Shown: positions 27,837 through 38,239, numbered from the stretch's first letter. The stretch is 64,000 bases of DNA from Anaerolineae bacterium (GCA_034437075.1 DAOTVD010000266.1:11097-75096); one strand, 5' to 3'. The notes: a model not told the origin generated them from the letters alone. A program made the numbers and translations.

Positions 27837-27865
27837 TTGCCAAACGCATATGAGAATGATAAAAA
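27837..27865 (+). promoter_or_regulatory. Candidate sigma-70-type promoter for an intergenic plus-strand transcript
   Basis: TTGCCA (27837-27842), 17-nt spacer, TAAAAA/T (27860-27866). Confidence 0.45.
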
Positions 27866-27871
27866 TTGAGG

Positions 27872-28096
27872 CACGCCTGCTGTGTACGTGATGGTCGCAA
27901 GCCGTTTCGGGCCAACACCTAACTAAGAGGGCGAACGCCGTTCAAGTGTGGATGTGGTAGGCACTGCGGGTGCCAAGACTGATCCACTTGGCAGTTCCCC
28001 CACCTGCGTAAAGCAGGTTCGAAAACGCGCGTTCACACGGCATAGCGGGTGGCTCTTATCTTGACCCCACATTTATCTTTTGGGGTCGTTTTTTTT
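27872..28096 (+). ncRNA. Candidate small structured RNA (unknown family)
   Basis: It is flanked by minus-strand genes only. Stems: CAAGTG(TG)GAT/ATCCACTTG enclosing GGCAC-TGCGG-GTGCC, and CCTGC-GTAAA-GCAGG. The 5' segment CTGCTGTGTACGTG is complementary (with wobbles and a bulge) to CGCGTTCACACGGCA near the 3' end. It ends in GACCCCA-loop-TGGGGTC plus T8 (28063-28096). Confidence 0.4.
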
Positions 28097-28934
28097 ATTC
28101 TTCGGGCGTCGCTTCGTCATTTGGGGGCGGTGCCGCTGGTACAGGCGCTCCGCCGATGGGCGTCGGTGTGGGGATGGGGTCGCTCATGAAGAGTGTAATC
28201 TCGCACGCCGCGCGCGACACCCCAGCCGTATCAAAAACAACCATCCGAAACCGATATTCACCTGGGGCGAAGTTTTGCGGCACGATTGTGCCCAGCGGGC
28301 CATCCGTCACAGGCTCGGTGTAGTCGGACGAGGCCCCGCCGATGACGCCGAAATCGCCGCCCGTTTCGAGGTTGCGAATCTCGAAACGATAGTAGCCAAA
28401 GTCCGCGATATTGGCCGTGCCGATAATCGACTCGGTTTCGTAAATCACCTGGCCATTGCCGGGCAAGCGGATGTTGGCTTGGTCGGAGATGCAGCCCAGC
28501 GGTTCATCGGCGGGCAGGAGTGTTCCGGCGGGGGTGGGGGGGGGCACTGGCGTTTGGGGTAGGATGGGGCCGCCGGCGGGCTGGGTGGGCACCACGAAGG
28601 CTTCTTCGCCTTCTAAGGGCACCGCTGTGCGGAAGATCGCGACGGGCTGCTCGGGAGATGTCTCGCCCGTAGCGCGATTCATATCATCCCAGGTTTGGAA
28701 CATCACGGTCGAAATGAGGTAAACCAGCACGATACCCTGCCCCAACACGATGCTGCGCGTCAGGGCCCAACCGCCGCGCTCCTGCGCTTGTTCGCGTTCC
28801 AGGCGAAACTGCGCGACGGCGAGCGTCGCGCGGGCTTGCCACCAAGCCCGAAATGCCAGCATGATCCCGACCCCGGCTAAGACATAAAGCAGGGGGGCAA
28901 TGGAACGCATCAGGAGCAAAAAGTTCGCAACCAT
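28095..28934 (-). CDS. Hypothetical membrane-anchored Pro-rich protein
   Basis: 279 aa with two N-terminal TM segments. 14 nt downstream of the nucleoside phosphorylase gene. Confidence 0.6.
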   Translation of the reverse strand: MVANFLLLMRSIAPLLYVLAGVGIMLAFRAWWQARATLAVAQFRLEREQAQERGGWALTRSIVLGQGIVLVYLISTVMFQTWDDMNRATGETSPEQPVAIFRTAVPLEGEEAFVVPTQPAGGPILPQTPVPPPTPAGTLLPADEPLGCISDQANIRLPGNGQVIYETESIIGTANIADFGYYRFEIRNLETGGDFGVIGGASSDYTEPVTDGPLGTIVPQNFAPGEYRFRMVVFDTAGVSRAACEITLFMSDPIPTPTPIGGAPVPAAPPPNDEATPEE

Positions 28935-28948
28935 GGTCTTAACCTAAG

Positions 28949-29815
28949 TTAGGCAACCTCTCGGATAATACCGGGCAACAAGCGCAGCAAGCGCGGTACG
29001 ATTTGCTTGCCGACTTCCAAGACTTCGTCATGGCTGACGTCCTGTTCGCTGTCGATTTGGTCGATGGCGGTGTTGGAAATGCTCGAAATGCCTAGCACGC
29101 GCATCCCGGCATGGTTAGCCACCAGCACTTCATTCACCGTGGACATGCCGACGGCATCCGCGCCCCAGGCGCGCAACATGCGAATTTCGGCGGGTGTTTC
29201 GAACGACGGCCCACTCAGGCCCACGTATACACCCTGTTGCAAGGGAATGTTTTCTTGCTGGGCCACGGTTTGGGCGATCTTGCGCAAAGCCTGGTCGTAG
29301 GGTGTCGTCAGGATGGGAAAACGCGGCCCGAGTCGCTCATCATTGGGCCCCATCAGCGGGTTAAAGCCACTCATGCCGCCCAGGTTAATGTGGTCAGTAA
29401 TCAACATAATATCGCCAGCATTAAAATTTGGATTAATGCCGCCAGCGGCGTTGGTCACAACCAAAGTTTCAATCCCCATCATTTGCATGACACGTACCGG
29501 AAACACCACCTCTTGGACGTTGTTGGTTTCATACCAATGGGCGCGGCCCTGCATCGCGAGCACGGGTTGGCCTTCCAATTGGCCGATCACCAACTGGCTG
29601 GCATGGCCCTTAACGGCGCTACTGTGCCAGTTGGGAATATCCGCATAGGGCAAGATCACCGCATCCGTAAGGCTCTCGGCCAATGGGCCAAGCCCCGAGC
29701 CCAGGATAATACCGATACGGGGGGTGAATGTGATATGCTCTTGAATATATCGCGCTGTGATGGTGAAATCATCGTACGTAAAAGGCACTTTAACCTCCTT
29801 TTTAATTTTTGTCAT
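28949..29815 (-). CDS. Purine nucleoside phosphorylase (PNP/MTAP family 2)
   Basis: IGIILGSGLG phosphate loop, VGMSTV, and HDEV near the C-terminus. 288 aa. Confidence 0.85.
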   Translation of the reverse strand: MTKIKKEVKVPFTYDDFTITARYIQEHITFTPRIGIILGSGLGPLAESLTDAVILPYADIPNWHSSAVKGHASQLVIGQLEGQPVLAMQGRAHWYETNNVQEVVFPVRVMQMMGIETLVVTNAAGGINPNFNAGDIMLITDHINLGGMSGFNPLMGPNDERLGPRFPILTTPYDQALRKIAQTVAQQENIPLQQGVYVGLSGPSFETPAEIRMLRAWGADAVGMSTVNEVLVANHAGMRVLGISSISNTAIDQIDSEQDVSHDEVLEVGKQIVPRLLRLLPGIIREVA

Positions 29816-30043
29816 GGTACGTCATTTAAGATAGCTTGTCTATGCAAAAGACCATAGGCATTGGTTAGGCTTTAGTGGGACTGGCGCCCGCCGTACAATG
29901 ACCAAATTCCGTACAATAGAAGCGTTATCCGTTGGTTAGTTGCGCTCATAGCATCAGCGCAACCCGAATCGTAGACATCCGTATAGTATGGCAGAACCAT
30001 ACAGCCACTCATCACGCGAGCCAAAACGACAAGGAGTTTGAGT

Positions 30044-30775
30044 ATGACAACACAAGCCAATCATGACGGGTATGTCGTGCAGACCCGCAATTTACGCAAA
30101 GAGCTTCAAATGGGCCAGGTGACCGTCCAGGCCCTACGCGGCGTGGATTTGACCGTCAAACGCGCCGAATTTCTGAGCATTATCGGTCCGTCTGGCAGTG
30201 GTAAATCCACCTTGCTAGGGCTCATCGGTGGCCTGGATAACCCGACCGAGGGCCAAATTTTAATCGATGGGGTGGATATCACCAACCTGGACGAACGCGC
30301 CCTAACGCGCATTCGCAATGAAAAGATCGGCTTTGTTTTTCAATTTTTCAACCTGGTGCCCACGCTCACGGCGCTAGAAAACGTTGCGCTGCCGATTCAG
30401 TTTGCGCGCAACAGCAAAGCGAACCCGCATAAGCGCGCCAAAGAACTGCTCGAATTGTTGGAACTGAACGACCGTTTGCACCACCGCCCCAATCAGCTTT
30501 CGGGCGGTCAGCAGCAGCGCGTCGCGATGGCCCGCGCGTTGGCCAATAATCCGCCGTTGTTGCTATGCGACGAGCCCACCGGGAATCTGGATACGGTGTC
30601 TAGTAAGCTCGTCATGGCCAAATTGCGCGAAGTCCAAGAAGAAATGCAAACCACGGTGGTCATCGTCACCCACGATTTGGGCGTGGCCCAAACTGCCGAC
30701 CGCATCATCAGCCTGGTGGATGGACGCATCGACAAAGACGCGGCGCCATCCGAGCACGCGATTTCAGGAGGTTAA
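30044..30775 (+). CDS. ABC transporter ATP-binding protein (MacB/LolD type)
   Basis: Walker A GPSGSGKST, signature LSGGQQQRVAMARAL, Walker B LLLCDEPTGNLD. Confidence 0.92.
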   Translation: MTTQANHDGYVVQTRNLRKELQMGQVTVQALRGVDLTVKRAEFLSIIGPSGSGKSTLLGLIGGLDNPTEGQILIDGVDITNLDERALTRIRNEKIGFVFQFFNLVPTLTALENVALPIQFARNSKANPHKRAKELLELLELNDRLHHRPNQLSGGQQQRVAMARALANNPPLLLCDEPTGNLDTVSSKLVMAKLREVQEEMQTTVVIVTHDLGVAQTADRIISLVDGRIDKDAAPSEHAISGG

Positions 30776-30778
30776 TGT

Positions 30779-33700
30779 ATGCTGCTCGAACGTTTTTCGT
30801 TTTATATCAAACATTCCATCAACGACCTGCGAGTGAACCGTCAGCGGACGCTCTTTGCGCTGTTGTGCATCATGGCCGGTGTGGCGGCCATCGTCAGCCT
30901 GCAAACGCTGGGCGTGATGATTGACGATACGCTGACAGGCAGCCTACGCGAGACCAACCGCGCGGATATTCGTATTTTACCTAACCCGCCTTTCGGAGAA
31001 GATGTCGATATTGACGCGCGCGCCGAAGCCGGCCTTGTGGATGCGGAAGACGGGCCAGTCGTGTTTACGCCAGACGGCATCGAAGCCGTGCGCACCTGGT
31101 TTGAGGAAAATTACGACAACGATTTCACCCTAACCTACCAGCATGCCATAAGCGGCAACGTAGGCTTTAGCATCCGTGCCCCCGAGCAAGGCACCGATAA
31201 ACTGCCCATTTTTAATTATGTGGTGGATAGCGATGTCTATCCGCTATTTGGCGCAATCGAATCGGTGGAGGGCGACAGCCTGGAAAGCCTGCTTCAAGAA
31301 CCCACCGACATCGTGCTTAGCCAGAACCTGGCCGACGACCTGGGCGTGGATGTGGGCGCGACGATTGAGCTTAACGGCGCGTCGGAGCCCTTCACGCTGA
31401 CGGGCATCGTCCCCACGGATGCGCAAGGCGGCTTTGAGAACCTCGGCGCTAATATTCTGGGCTACTATTTCCTGGATTTTAGCGCCATGGAGCTATTCGA
31501 GGATGTCGAGCCGCGCCAGGCCAACACGATCTTCATCGCGCTGGACGACCCCGCGACTGTTGACGCAATCGAATCCGAATTCATCGCCGAATATCCGTAT
31601 CTGTCGGCCACCACCACCACCGACCTAGAGGAGCAAAATACCACCATTTCCAACTCGGTGAACGACCTGGTGGTGATTATGGGCTTGGTATCGATGCTCA
31701 TCGGCGGCATCGGGATTGTAAACACGATGCTGGTGATTGTCTCGCGCCGGGCCACCGAAGTGGCCGTGCTAAAAACCCTGGGCCTAGAACCCGAAGAGAT
31801 CACGGTGTTGTTTTTGGTCGAAGCGGTCATTATGGGCGTTTTGGGTAGCATCCTCGGCATTTTCATCGGCTGGGGGATGGCTGCGGCCCTGCAAAGCATC
31901 CCGGAATCGTTCGTGGCGCAAGATTTAACTTTCCGCTTTACCCTGGAGCCCGCGCTAAATGGCTTCATCGTGGGTGTGTTGATTACCGCGATTTTCGGTT
32001 TCTTGCCAACGCTAGCGGCGGGCCAGATTCGCCCGGCCAATGTGTTGCGCCCTAGCGAAGATTTAATCCCTACGGCGGGGCGTTTGCGCGCGTTCGTCGC
32101 TTTAATGATCGTGTTGTTGGCGCTTAGCGTCGTTGCTCAGGGCTTGTTGGGCGATCTACTGGGGAGTGCGACCATCGGCAGCGAGACAGACCGCGGCGCC
32201 GAGCAAAACTTGCTGGATGACCCCACCGCCGAAGTATCCACTAGCGATGATCTGCCGGGCTGGGTGGCTGATATTCGGATTGTGGGCCTGATCGCGGGCA
32301 TCAACGGCGCGATCATCGGCCTGATTATGGGCGTGCCGGTCGTTATTGGCGGGTATCTCTCGCGCCGCGAAAACCGACGCGGGCGCAGTTGGGCTGTTTT
32401 CTGGCTGTTGTACGCGCCTGCTTTGGTGCTGCTCTTGCCGTTGGCGGTCTTCCTGTTTGGCTATTTCGTGCCTGCCTTGTTGATCGTAACGGGCACATTC
32501 TTGCTGGTGGGCAGTTTATATCTGCTGCTACTCTTGCTGACCTGGGCCGTGGGTGGCGGCGCGATTCGCGAATTCCCGGTGATTGGCGGCTTACCAAACT
32601 GGGCGCGCTGGGCGGCGTTTATCTTCTTCCCGATCTGGACAGCCCTGGTCGTGGCGGTGGCGCTGTTGCCCTTGCCAGGGTTGGTACAAGGGCTGTTCTT
32701 CGGGCTGCTGTTCTTCGTCCACATCCCGGCTGTGCTGGTAACGCTGACCCTGCCCGCGTGGATAATCGGCCAGGCGTTGCAGCGTTTCGGCTTTTTGGAC
32801 CTCAAGATCGCCTTACGCTCGATGGTGGCCGCGAAGGCGCGCGTGGCTTCGACGCTGCTCGCGCTGGTGATCGGCATCTTTACGCTGGGTATGATCACCA
32901 TGATGGTCGATGCTATCTTAAACCAGTTCAACGAACTGTTGGAAGACGTCACGGGCGGCAATGTCATCATCTTCCCCAGCGGGGGCGAAGACAACGTCGA
33001 TGAAGTGCGTATGGTGATCAACGAAACGGGCGGTGTCGAGAACTACATCATCATTCGTAACTATAGTGTCGAGCTAACGAGCATCCGAGATGCCAGCGCC
33101 GAAACGACCCTACAACCCGCTGACCTAGAAGCGCGTATCCGCGACAACACCGAAGATGATGAATTTCAAGACCCCGAATTTCTGGTGGAGCAATTCCGCT
33201 CGGAGCTCAACAGTGTGGACGCGCGCGAACTCGATAGCAATCTGCCGAACTACGACTTTTTCGCTGGGCGCCAACTTGACCCACAACGGGATACCGCGCC
33301 AGGCGAGGACGGTTACTGGCCTATCGTCATCCCGGCGAATGATGCGACCCTGGCCGCCGACTTGGAAGTCAACGACCTGATTACAGTGCAGTTGGTGGAC
33401 GAGGACGACGACGCGCAAGAATTCACTTTCCAGGTAGTGGGGCTCACCGACCAAACTGGCGGCGCTGTGGCGGCCATCACGTCTGGCGTGTATGTGCCCG
33501 TGGGCGCCTTTGACGAGACCGAAACCCAAGAGTTGTACTTCATCGCCGAAGTTGCCGAGGATAGCATCCCGCAGTTGCGCCGCGCGCTAACGGACATCCC
33601 CGGCGTTTTTGTGCTAGAAACGCGCCTGCTGAATGACCTGATCAATAGCGTGGTGCGCCAGTTTACGTCCTTCCCGACCCTGGTGGCTGCGTTGGCGCTC

Positions 33701-34054
33701 TTTACAGGCGGCGTCGTGATCGCCAATTCGGTAGCGTTGGCGACCCTGGAACGGCGGCGCGAAATCGCCATCATGAAGGCGGTGGGGCTGCAACGCGAGC
33801 GGGTCATCGGCATGTTGTTGCTAGAAAACGCCATCATGGGCCTGATCGGCGGGCTCATCGGCGTCGGGAGTGGGGTCATCATCCTGGCCTTGTTACTGAC
33901 GGGGCTGTTCCAAGGCGAATTGGGCGATACGATCCCGTTTGAATGGGCCTTCGCGCTGATGGGGCTGTGTATCGTCATCGCGTTGGTGGCGGCGGTCTTT
34001 TCGGTATGGGGCGCTTCCGGCGAAAAGCCGCTCAACGTTTTGCGTTACGAATAG
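30779..34054 (+). CDS. Large FtsX/MacB-type ABC permease with two FtsX domains
   Basis: 1091 aa. Two blocks of the FtsX pattern (GIGIVNTMLVIVSRRATEVAVLKTLG and GGVVIANSVALATLERRREIAIMKAVG), each preceded by a large extracytoplasmic domain. Confidence 0.85.
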   Translation: MLLERFSFYIKHSINDLRVNRQRTLFALLCIMAGVAAIVSLQTLGVMIDDTLTGSLRETNRADIRILPNPPFGEDVDIDARAEAGLVDAEDGPVVFTPDGIEAVRTWFEENYDNDFTLTYQHAISGNVGFSIRAPEQGTDKLPIFNYVVDSDVYPLFGAIESVEGDSLESLLQEPTDIVLSQNLADDLGVDVGATIELNGASEPFTLTGIVPTDAQGGFENLGANILGYYFLDFSAMELFEDVEPRQANTIFIALDDPATVDAIESEFIAEYPYLSATTTTDLEEQNTTISNSVNDLVVIMGLVSMLIGGIGIVNTMLVIVSRRATEVAVLKTLGLEPEEITVLFLVEAVIMGVLGSILGIFIGWGMAAALQSIPESFVAQDLTFRFTLEPALNGFIVGVLITAIFGFLPTLAAGQIRPANVLRPSEDLIPTAGRLRAFVALMIVLLALSVVAQGLLGDLLGSATIGSETDRGAEQNLLDDPTAEVSTSDDLPGWVADIRIVGLIAGINGAIIGLIMGVPVVIGGYLSRRENRRGRSWAVFWLLYAPALVLLLPLAVFLFGYFVPALLIVTGTFLLVGSLYLLLLLLTWAVGGGAIREFPVIGGLPNWARWAAFIFFPIWTALVVAVALLPLPGLVQGLFFGLLFFVHIPAVLVTLTLPAWIIGQALQRFGFLDLKIALRSMVAAKARVASTLLALVIGIFTLGMITMMVDAILNQFNELLEDVTGGNVIIFPSGGEDNVDEVRMVINETGGVENYIIIRNYSVELTSIRDASAETTLQPADLEARIRDNTEDDEFQDPEFLVEQFRSELNSVDARELDSNLPNYDFFAGRQLDPQRDTAPGEDGYWPIVIPANDATLAADLEVNDLITVQLVDEDDDAQEFTFQVVGLTDQTGGAVAAITSGVYVPVGAFDETETQELYFIAEVAEDSIPQLRRALTDIPGVFVLETRLLNDLINSVVRQFTSFPTLVAALALFTGGVVIANSVALATLERRREIAIMKAVGLQRERVIGMLLLENAIMGLIGGLIGVGSGVIILALLLTGLFQGELGDTIPFEWAFALMGLCIVIALVAAVFSVWGASGEKPLNVLRYE

Positions 34055-34082
34055 CCGCGAAGTGATACAATCGTATCGTCCA

Positions 34083-34118
34083 AGCAAGAGGGCCGCGTGC
34101 CCTCTTGCTGTCTATTTC
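34083..34118 (+). terminator. Stem-loop after the ABC permease
   Basis: AGCAAGAGGGC-CGCGT-GCCCTCTTGCT followed by GTCTATTTC. Confidence 0.55.
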
Positions 34119-34141
34119 AGCCATCTGGAGGAGTTCACCCT

Positions 34142-35245
34142 ATGTTAGACCCGCGTATCGAAAAATTGGCGCATTTGCTGGTGCACTATAGCGTAAAAAT
34201 CCAACCTGGGGATTGGGTTTATGTGCGCGGCAGTGTGGCGGCGTTGCCCCTGGTGGAACAGGTCGCCCGGCAGGTGTGGCAGGCGGGCGGCAATGCCACT
34301 GTCGCCCTATCGAACGACAATCTGCTAGAAACGTTCTATCGCGTCGCGAGCCAGGATCAGATCGAGTGGCTAGACCCCACCCAAACCATGCTTTTTGAAC
34401 AGGTAGACGCACTCATTAGCATCCGAGCTAGCGAGAATACGCGCGCTTTGACCAACATCGACCCCGCCTTGCAAGCTGCCGCCAGCAAAGCCCGCCAGCC
34501 CATCATGCAAACCTATATGCAGCGCTCTGCTGAGGGCAAATTGCGCTGGGTGGGCACACAATACCCCACGCTCGCCTATGCGCAGGACGCTGACATGAGC
34601 CTGAGTGAATACGAAGATTTTGTCTATGGTGCCTGTGCCGTAGACCAGGCTGACCCGGTCGCGTATTGGCAGGGTATCCACAAGGAACAAGCCCGCCTCA
34701 TCGAATATCTGCAAGGCAAAAAGCAGATGACCGTGCGCGGGCCGAATATTGATATGAGCCTGTCTATCGAGGGGCGCACGTTCATCAATAGCGATGGCTC
34801 GCACAATATGCCCAGCGGCGAGATTTTCACCGGGCCGGTAGAAGACTCGGTGAACGGTTGGGTACGCTTCACCTATCCGGCTATTCGAGACGGGCGCGAG
34901 GTGGATGGTGTCGAATTCAAGTTCGAAAATGGCAAGCTGACCGAGGCCAGCGCCAAGAAAAACGAAGCCTATCTGCTGAGCCAACTAGATAGCGACGCGG
35001 GCGCGCGTTACCTGGGCGAATTCGCCATCGGCACCAATTACAACATTCAACGCTTCACGAAAAGCATTCTCTACGACGAAAAGATCGGCGGCACCTTGCA
35101 TATGGCCGTCGGCGCCGGATACCCCGAAACGGGCAGCCAGAATACATCGAATGTGCATTGGGATTTCATCTGCGATATGCGCGATGATAGCGAAATACAT
35201 GTCGATGGCGAATTGTTTTACAAAAACGGCCAGTTTCAGGTATAG
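34142..35245 (+). CDS. Aminopeptidase, M29 (AmpS/PepS) family
   Basis: ATG 34142 after GGAGGA. MLDPRIEKLAHLLVHYSVKIQPGDWV N-terminus and a C-terminal HMAVG...HWDF pattern typical of M29. Confidence 0.8.
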   Translation: MLDPRIEKLAHLLVHYSVKIQPGDWVYVRGSVAALPLVEQVARQVWQAGGNATVALSNDNLLETFYRVASQDQIEWLDPTQTMLFEQVDALISIRASENTRALTNIDPALQAAASKARQPIMQTYMQRSAEGKLRWVGTQYPTLAYAQDADMSLSEYEDFVYGACAVDQADPVAYWQGIHKEQARLIEYLQGKKQMTVRGPNIDMSLSIEGRTFINSDGSHNMPSGEIFTGPVEDSVNGWVRFTYPAIRDGREVDGVEFKFENGKLTEASAKKNEAYLLSQLDSDAGARYLGEFAIGTNYNIQRFTKSILYDEKIGGTLHMAVGAGYPETGSQNTSNVHWDFICDMRDDSEIHVDGELFYKNGQFQV

Positions 35246-35248
35246 CGC

Positions 35249-36112
35249 ATGTTCACCCACCAGCGCATCTCTACCAATGGCGTTACCCTATCTGTGGTAC
35301 AGGCGGGGCCGCCCGATGGCGAATTGGTCATTCTACTACATGGTTTTCCTGGCTTCTGGTATTGCTGGCGCTCGCAAATCCGCCACCTGGCCGAGCAAGG
35401 TTATCGCGTATGGGCGCCCGACCAACGCGGCTATGTACTCAGTGATAAGCCGCATGAACTGACAGCGTATGGGCTGGATACACTGGCGGATGACATCATC
35501 GGCTTGCTGGATGCCGCCCCATCTGACCGCTGCATCCTGATGGGGCATGATTGGGGTGGGGCCGTGGCCTGGTGGGTCGCGCTGAAATACCCTGACCGGC
35601 TGAACAAGCTGATCATTGTCAATTCACCGCATCCGCGCGCTTTTGCGGCAGCCATAAAACAGAAAGCGCAACGCCGCAAGAGCGCGTATATGTCCCTGTT
35701 TCGCGTGCATCCGCTGGCGGAGTGGGTGCTCGGCGCGGGGAATTTCACCGCGCTGGCCTGGGCATTGCGCCACACCAGCAAACCAGGGACATTCTCCGCG
35801 AGCGACATCCGTGCTTATAAGGCTGCCTGGGCACATCCGGGGGCGTTGCGCGGCATGTTGAACTGGTATCGTGCGATGTTTGCCGTGCGCAATCAGCGAG
35901 TCAAACGCTGGCCCGTCCAGACGCCGACGCTTATCATCTGGGGGCGCGCTGACCCGGTATTCTTGCCCGAGCTCGCCGCTATGAGCCTGGAATATTGCCC
36001 AGCGGGGGAATTGCTGACGCTGGATGACGCGCGTCATTGGCCGATGTTGGCCTATCCAGAGCGGGTGAACCAGGCGCTAGATGACTTCTTGCGGCGCGCA
36101 GAATTGCCGTAA
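35249..36112 (+). CDS. Alpha/beta hydrolase (epoxide-hydrolase-like)
   Basis: HGFPGFWYCWRSQIRHLAEQGYRVWAPDQRGY and the nucleophile elbow GHDWGG. Confidence 0.85.
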   Translation: MFTHQRISTNGVTLSVVQAGPPDGELVILLHGFPGFWYCWRSQIRHLAEQGYRVWAPDQRGYVLSDKPHELTAYGLDTLADDIIGLLDAAPSDRCILMGHDWGGAVAWWVALKYPDRLNKLIIVNSPHPRAFAAAIKQKAQRRKSAYMSLFRVHPLAEWVLGAGNFTALAWALRHTSKPGTFSASDIRAYKAAWAHPGALRGMLNWYRAMFAVRNQRVKRWPVQTPTLIIWGRADPVFLPELAAMSLEYCPAGELLTLDDARHWPMLAYPERVNQALDDFLRRAELP

Positions 36113-36196
36113 CCTGACGCCTACAACACGACTCGGCTACCATGCATGGCTTCAGACGGAGCGCACCGTTATACTGTGCTCGAATCGTCATAGCTT

Positions 36197-38239
36197 GTGG
36201 AGTTGTTCATTTTGCGTGTGTTTCATCAATTGTGGCCCTGGTGGGCAATCGTTATGCTGATGTTCGTCAGTTTGGCCATGCTGCCTGGCCTAACGCCCAG
36301 CGATGCCGCCCCTGCCCCCGAACTGGCGCTCAATCGCGTATTTAGCCGGGTGCCTTCTCTAGCCTGGGATACCATTGGGTATGCCGATTACCAGAGAACC
36401 ATGGAAAAACTCGGCACAGTCTGGCCCCCAGAGCAAGGCGCGAGTCTTTCGCCAACCCAGGCCACAGGCTGGCAAAGTGCCTGGAAACCACCATTGTTAG
36501 CGCAGGATGTCACCCAGCTTGGGTTTTCGCCTTATACCCTGCACTATGCGATTGAGGCGCGCCACCGCACAACCTTTGCCTTATGGCTCGAAGGGCGCTT
36601 TGATGTCGGCAGCATAGCGGCTGCCCTGGACGACCAAGGGTATCGGCGCGTCGATACCCTGGCCGTGGAAACCTACCAAGCCCCCGAGGATAGCATCTGG
36701 CACCAGGCAGCAGGGTATATCGCCCTACCCGATGGACAAACCCTGCTGATAAGCAACCGCGAGGAAACCTTGCGCGCCATGCTGGGATTATACGACGGGG
36801 TGTTTCCGCCTTTTGTCGAAGATAATCGCCTTTTGCAACGCCTAGAAGAAATTACCCCTCACCCGCTAAGTGGCATCATTCGGTTCGACCAAAACACGAC
36901 AGCTTGCGCGTTAGTATCCAGCCGTTTGGCCCTGCATGGGGTGTATTATGATGCCGAACGCGCAACCTGGCAGTATCTACTAAACGTCGGTTACGACAAT
37001 GACGCGCCGCGCGATCAGATTGGCACCTTGGCGGATGGTCTCGAATATTCCGTGCACCCCACACAACCCGCTTTTCAGGGGGTGTTGGGCCAATACACCA
37101 CCGTTTTGGCCGAGAATTTATATGAAAACCCTGGCGGGATCGATATTATGCAGTTTCGGTTGCGCTTGCGCGATACCCCCGGCATCCAACAGTTGCCCAT
37201 ATTCCTGGGGCAGCAGCGCGATACATGCCAACTCTTTCGCGCACCGCCTGCTGCGGCTACTCCCCTGGCCCTGGCCTATCTGCCGGACCTCTCTGCCAAT
37301 CGCTTGGATGTATTGCTGCGTTTTGGAAACGTAGAACAAGCGCTGTACAATGCTGGGCTCTCCGCTCCGTTGCGCGAGGCCGACCAGCGCCTGAACAATT
37401 TGCAACAAACCTCTCTGAATAGTACCTGGCGCACAGTGCTGGCCTATGAAACTGCATTTGGCGAGTGGTTCGGGTTTTCGCCGCAGAATATCGAGCAAAG
37501 CGTTGAACTCACCCTCGATACGGACGATTATGTCCGTATTTTGTGGGGGGCTTTCACCCGCGAACAGATCGAAGATGCGTTGCTCGCGACGGGTTATGTG
37601 CCGATTGAGCAATATCAGGGCGCGCGAATTTTTACCTTGCGCGACATCCCAGAAACCGGCGGCGTGATGCTGCGTAGCCTGACGCAAACCGCCGCCGCCC
37701 CCGCCCCCGGCATCCTGATTTTTACCAACAATACCACCAACATGCGCCTGACGGTTGATCTGATCAATGAGAATTTTCGTTCAGCGCTTGTACGTGACCC
37801 CGAACTTGTGCTGGTGGCGCAAGCGGTGGGGGATGCCACCCATGCAGCGGTGCGGCGTTTTGCCAACCGGGTCATGGGGGGGTTGGTGTGCGGCTTACCA
37901 GGGTATCGGGTGGATGCGCTGGCCAACGTCTTGCGCCCCAATGGCTGGCATTTTCTGTATGCTGTGGGCTTCAACACCGCCTTAGAAGCACCCCAGGCCC
38001 AACTCGACGCCTTAGCCGCCGCCTTAGAAAGCAGCGATTATCCGTTGCAGGGGCCCGGCAGCGAAACCTTCGGGCAACTCTCCGAGGTGGTGGCGACACA
38101 TATCATCACCGAGGGCACCGCCACGGTGTTACTGGTGGATTTGCTAGTATCGGCAAACGCCCAACGCGCCAGTTCTTTTGCCCAGGATTTACCTACCGCA
38201 AACTTGCCGCCCTGCGTCTTGGGCGATATTACCCGATAG
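36197..38239 (+). CDS. Hypothetical secreted/anchored protein, 680 aa
   Basis: Long uninterrupted ORF with an N-terminal hydrophobic segment (WWAIVMLMFVSLAMLPGL). No motif recognised. Confidence 0.6.
   Translation: MELFILRVFHQLWPWWAIVMLMFVSLAMLPGLTPSDAAPAPELALNRVFSRVPSLAWDTIGYADYQRTMEKLGTVWPPEQGASLSPTQATGWQSAWKPPLLAQDVTQLGFSPYTLHYAIEARHRTTFALWLEGRFDVGSIAAALDDQGYRRVDTLAVETYQAPEDSIWHQAAGYIALPDGQTLLISNREETLRAMLGLYDGVFPPFVEDNRLLQRLEEITPHPLSGIIRFDQNTTACALVSSRLALHGVYYDAERATWQYLLNVGYDNDAPRDQIGTLADGLEYSVHPTQPAFQGVLGQYTTVLAENLYENPGGIDIMQFRLRLRDTPGIQQLPIFLGQQRDTCQLFRAPPAAATPLALAYLPDLSANRLDVLLRFGNVEQALYNAGLSAPLREADQRLNNLQQTSLNSTWRTVLAYETAFGEWFGFSPQNIEQSVELTLDTDDYVRILWGAFTREQIEDALLATGYVPIEQYQGARIFTLRDIPETGGVMLRSLTQTAAAPAPGILIFTNNTTNMRLTVDLINENFRSALVRDPELVLVAQAVGDATHAAVRRFANRVMGGLVCGLPGYRVDALANVLRPNGWHFLYAVGFNTALEAPQAQLDALAAALESSDYPLQGPGSETFGQLSEVVATHIITEGTATVLLVDLLVSANAQRASSFAQDLPTANLPPCVLGDITR

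Noticed and set aside
27760-27918. The 5' extension of the DUF2233-like ORF to 27918.
   Set aside because: The extension has no signal peptide and poor coding character. ATG 27759, with GAGGGA upstream, yields a proper signal anchor. The extension would also overlap the candidate plus-strand promoter.
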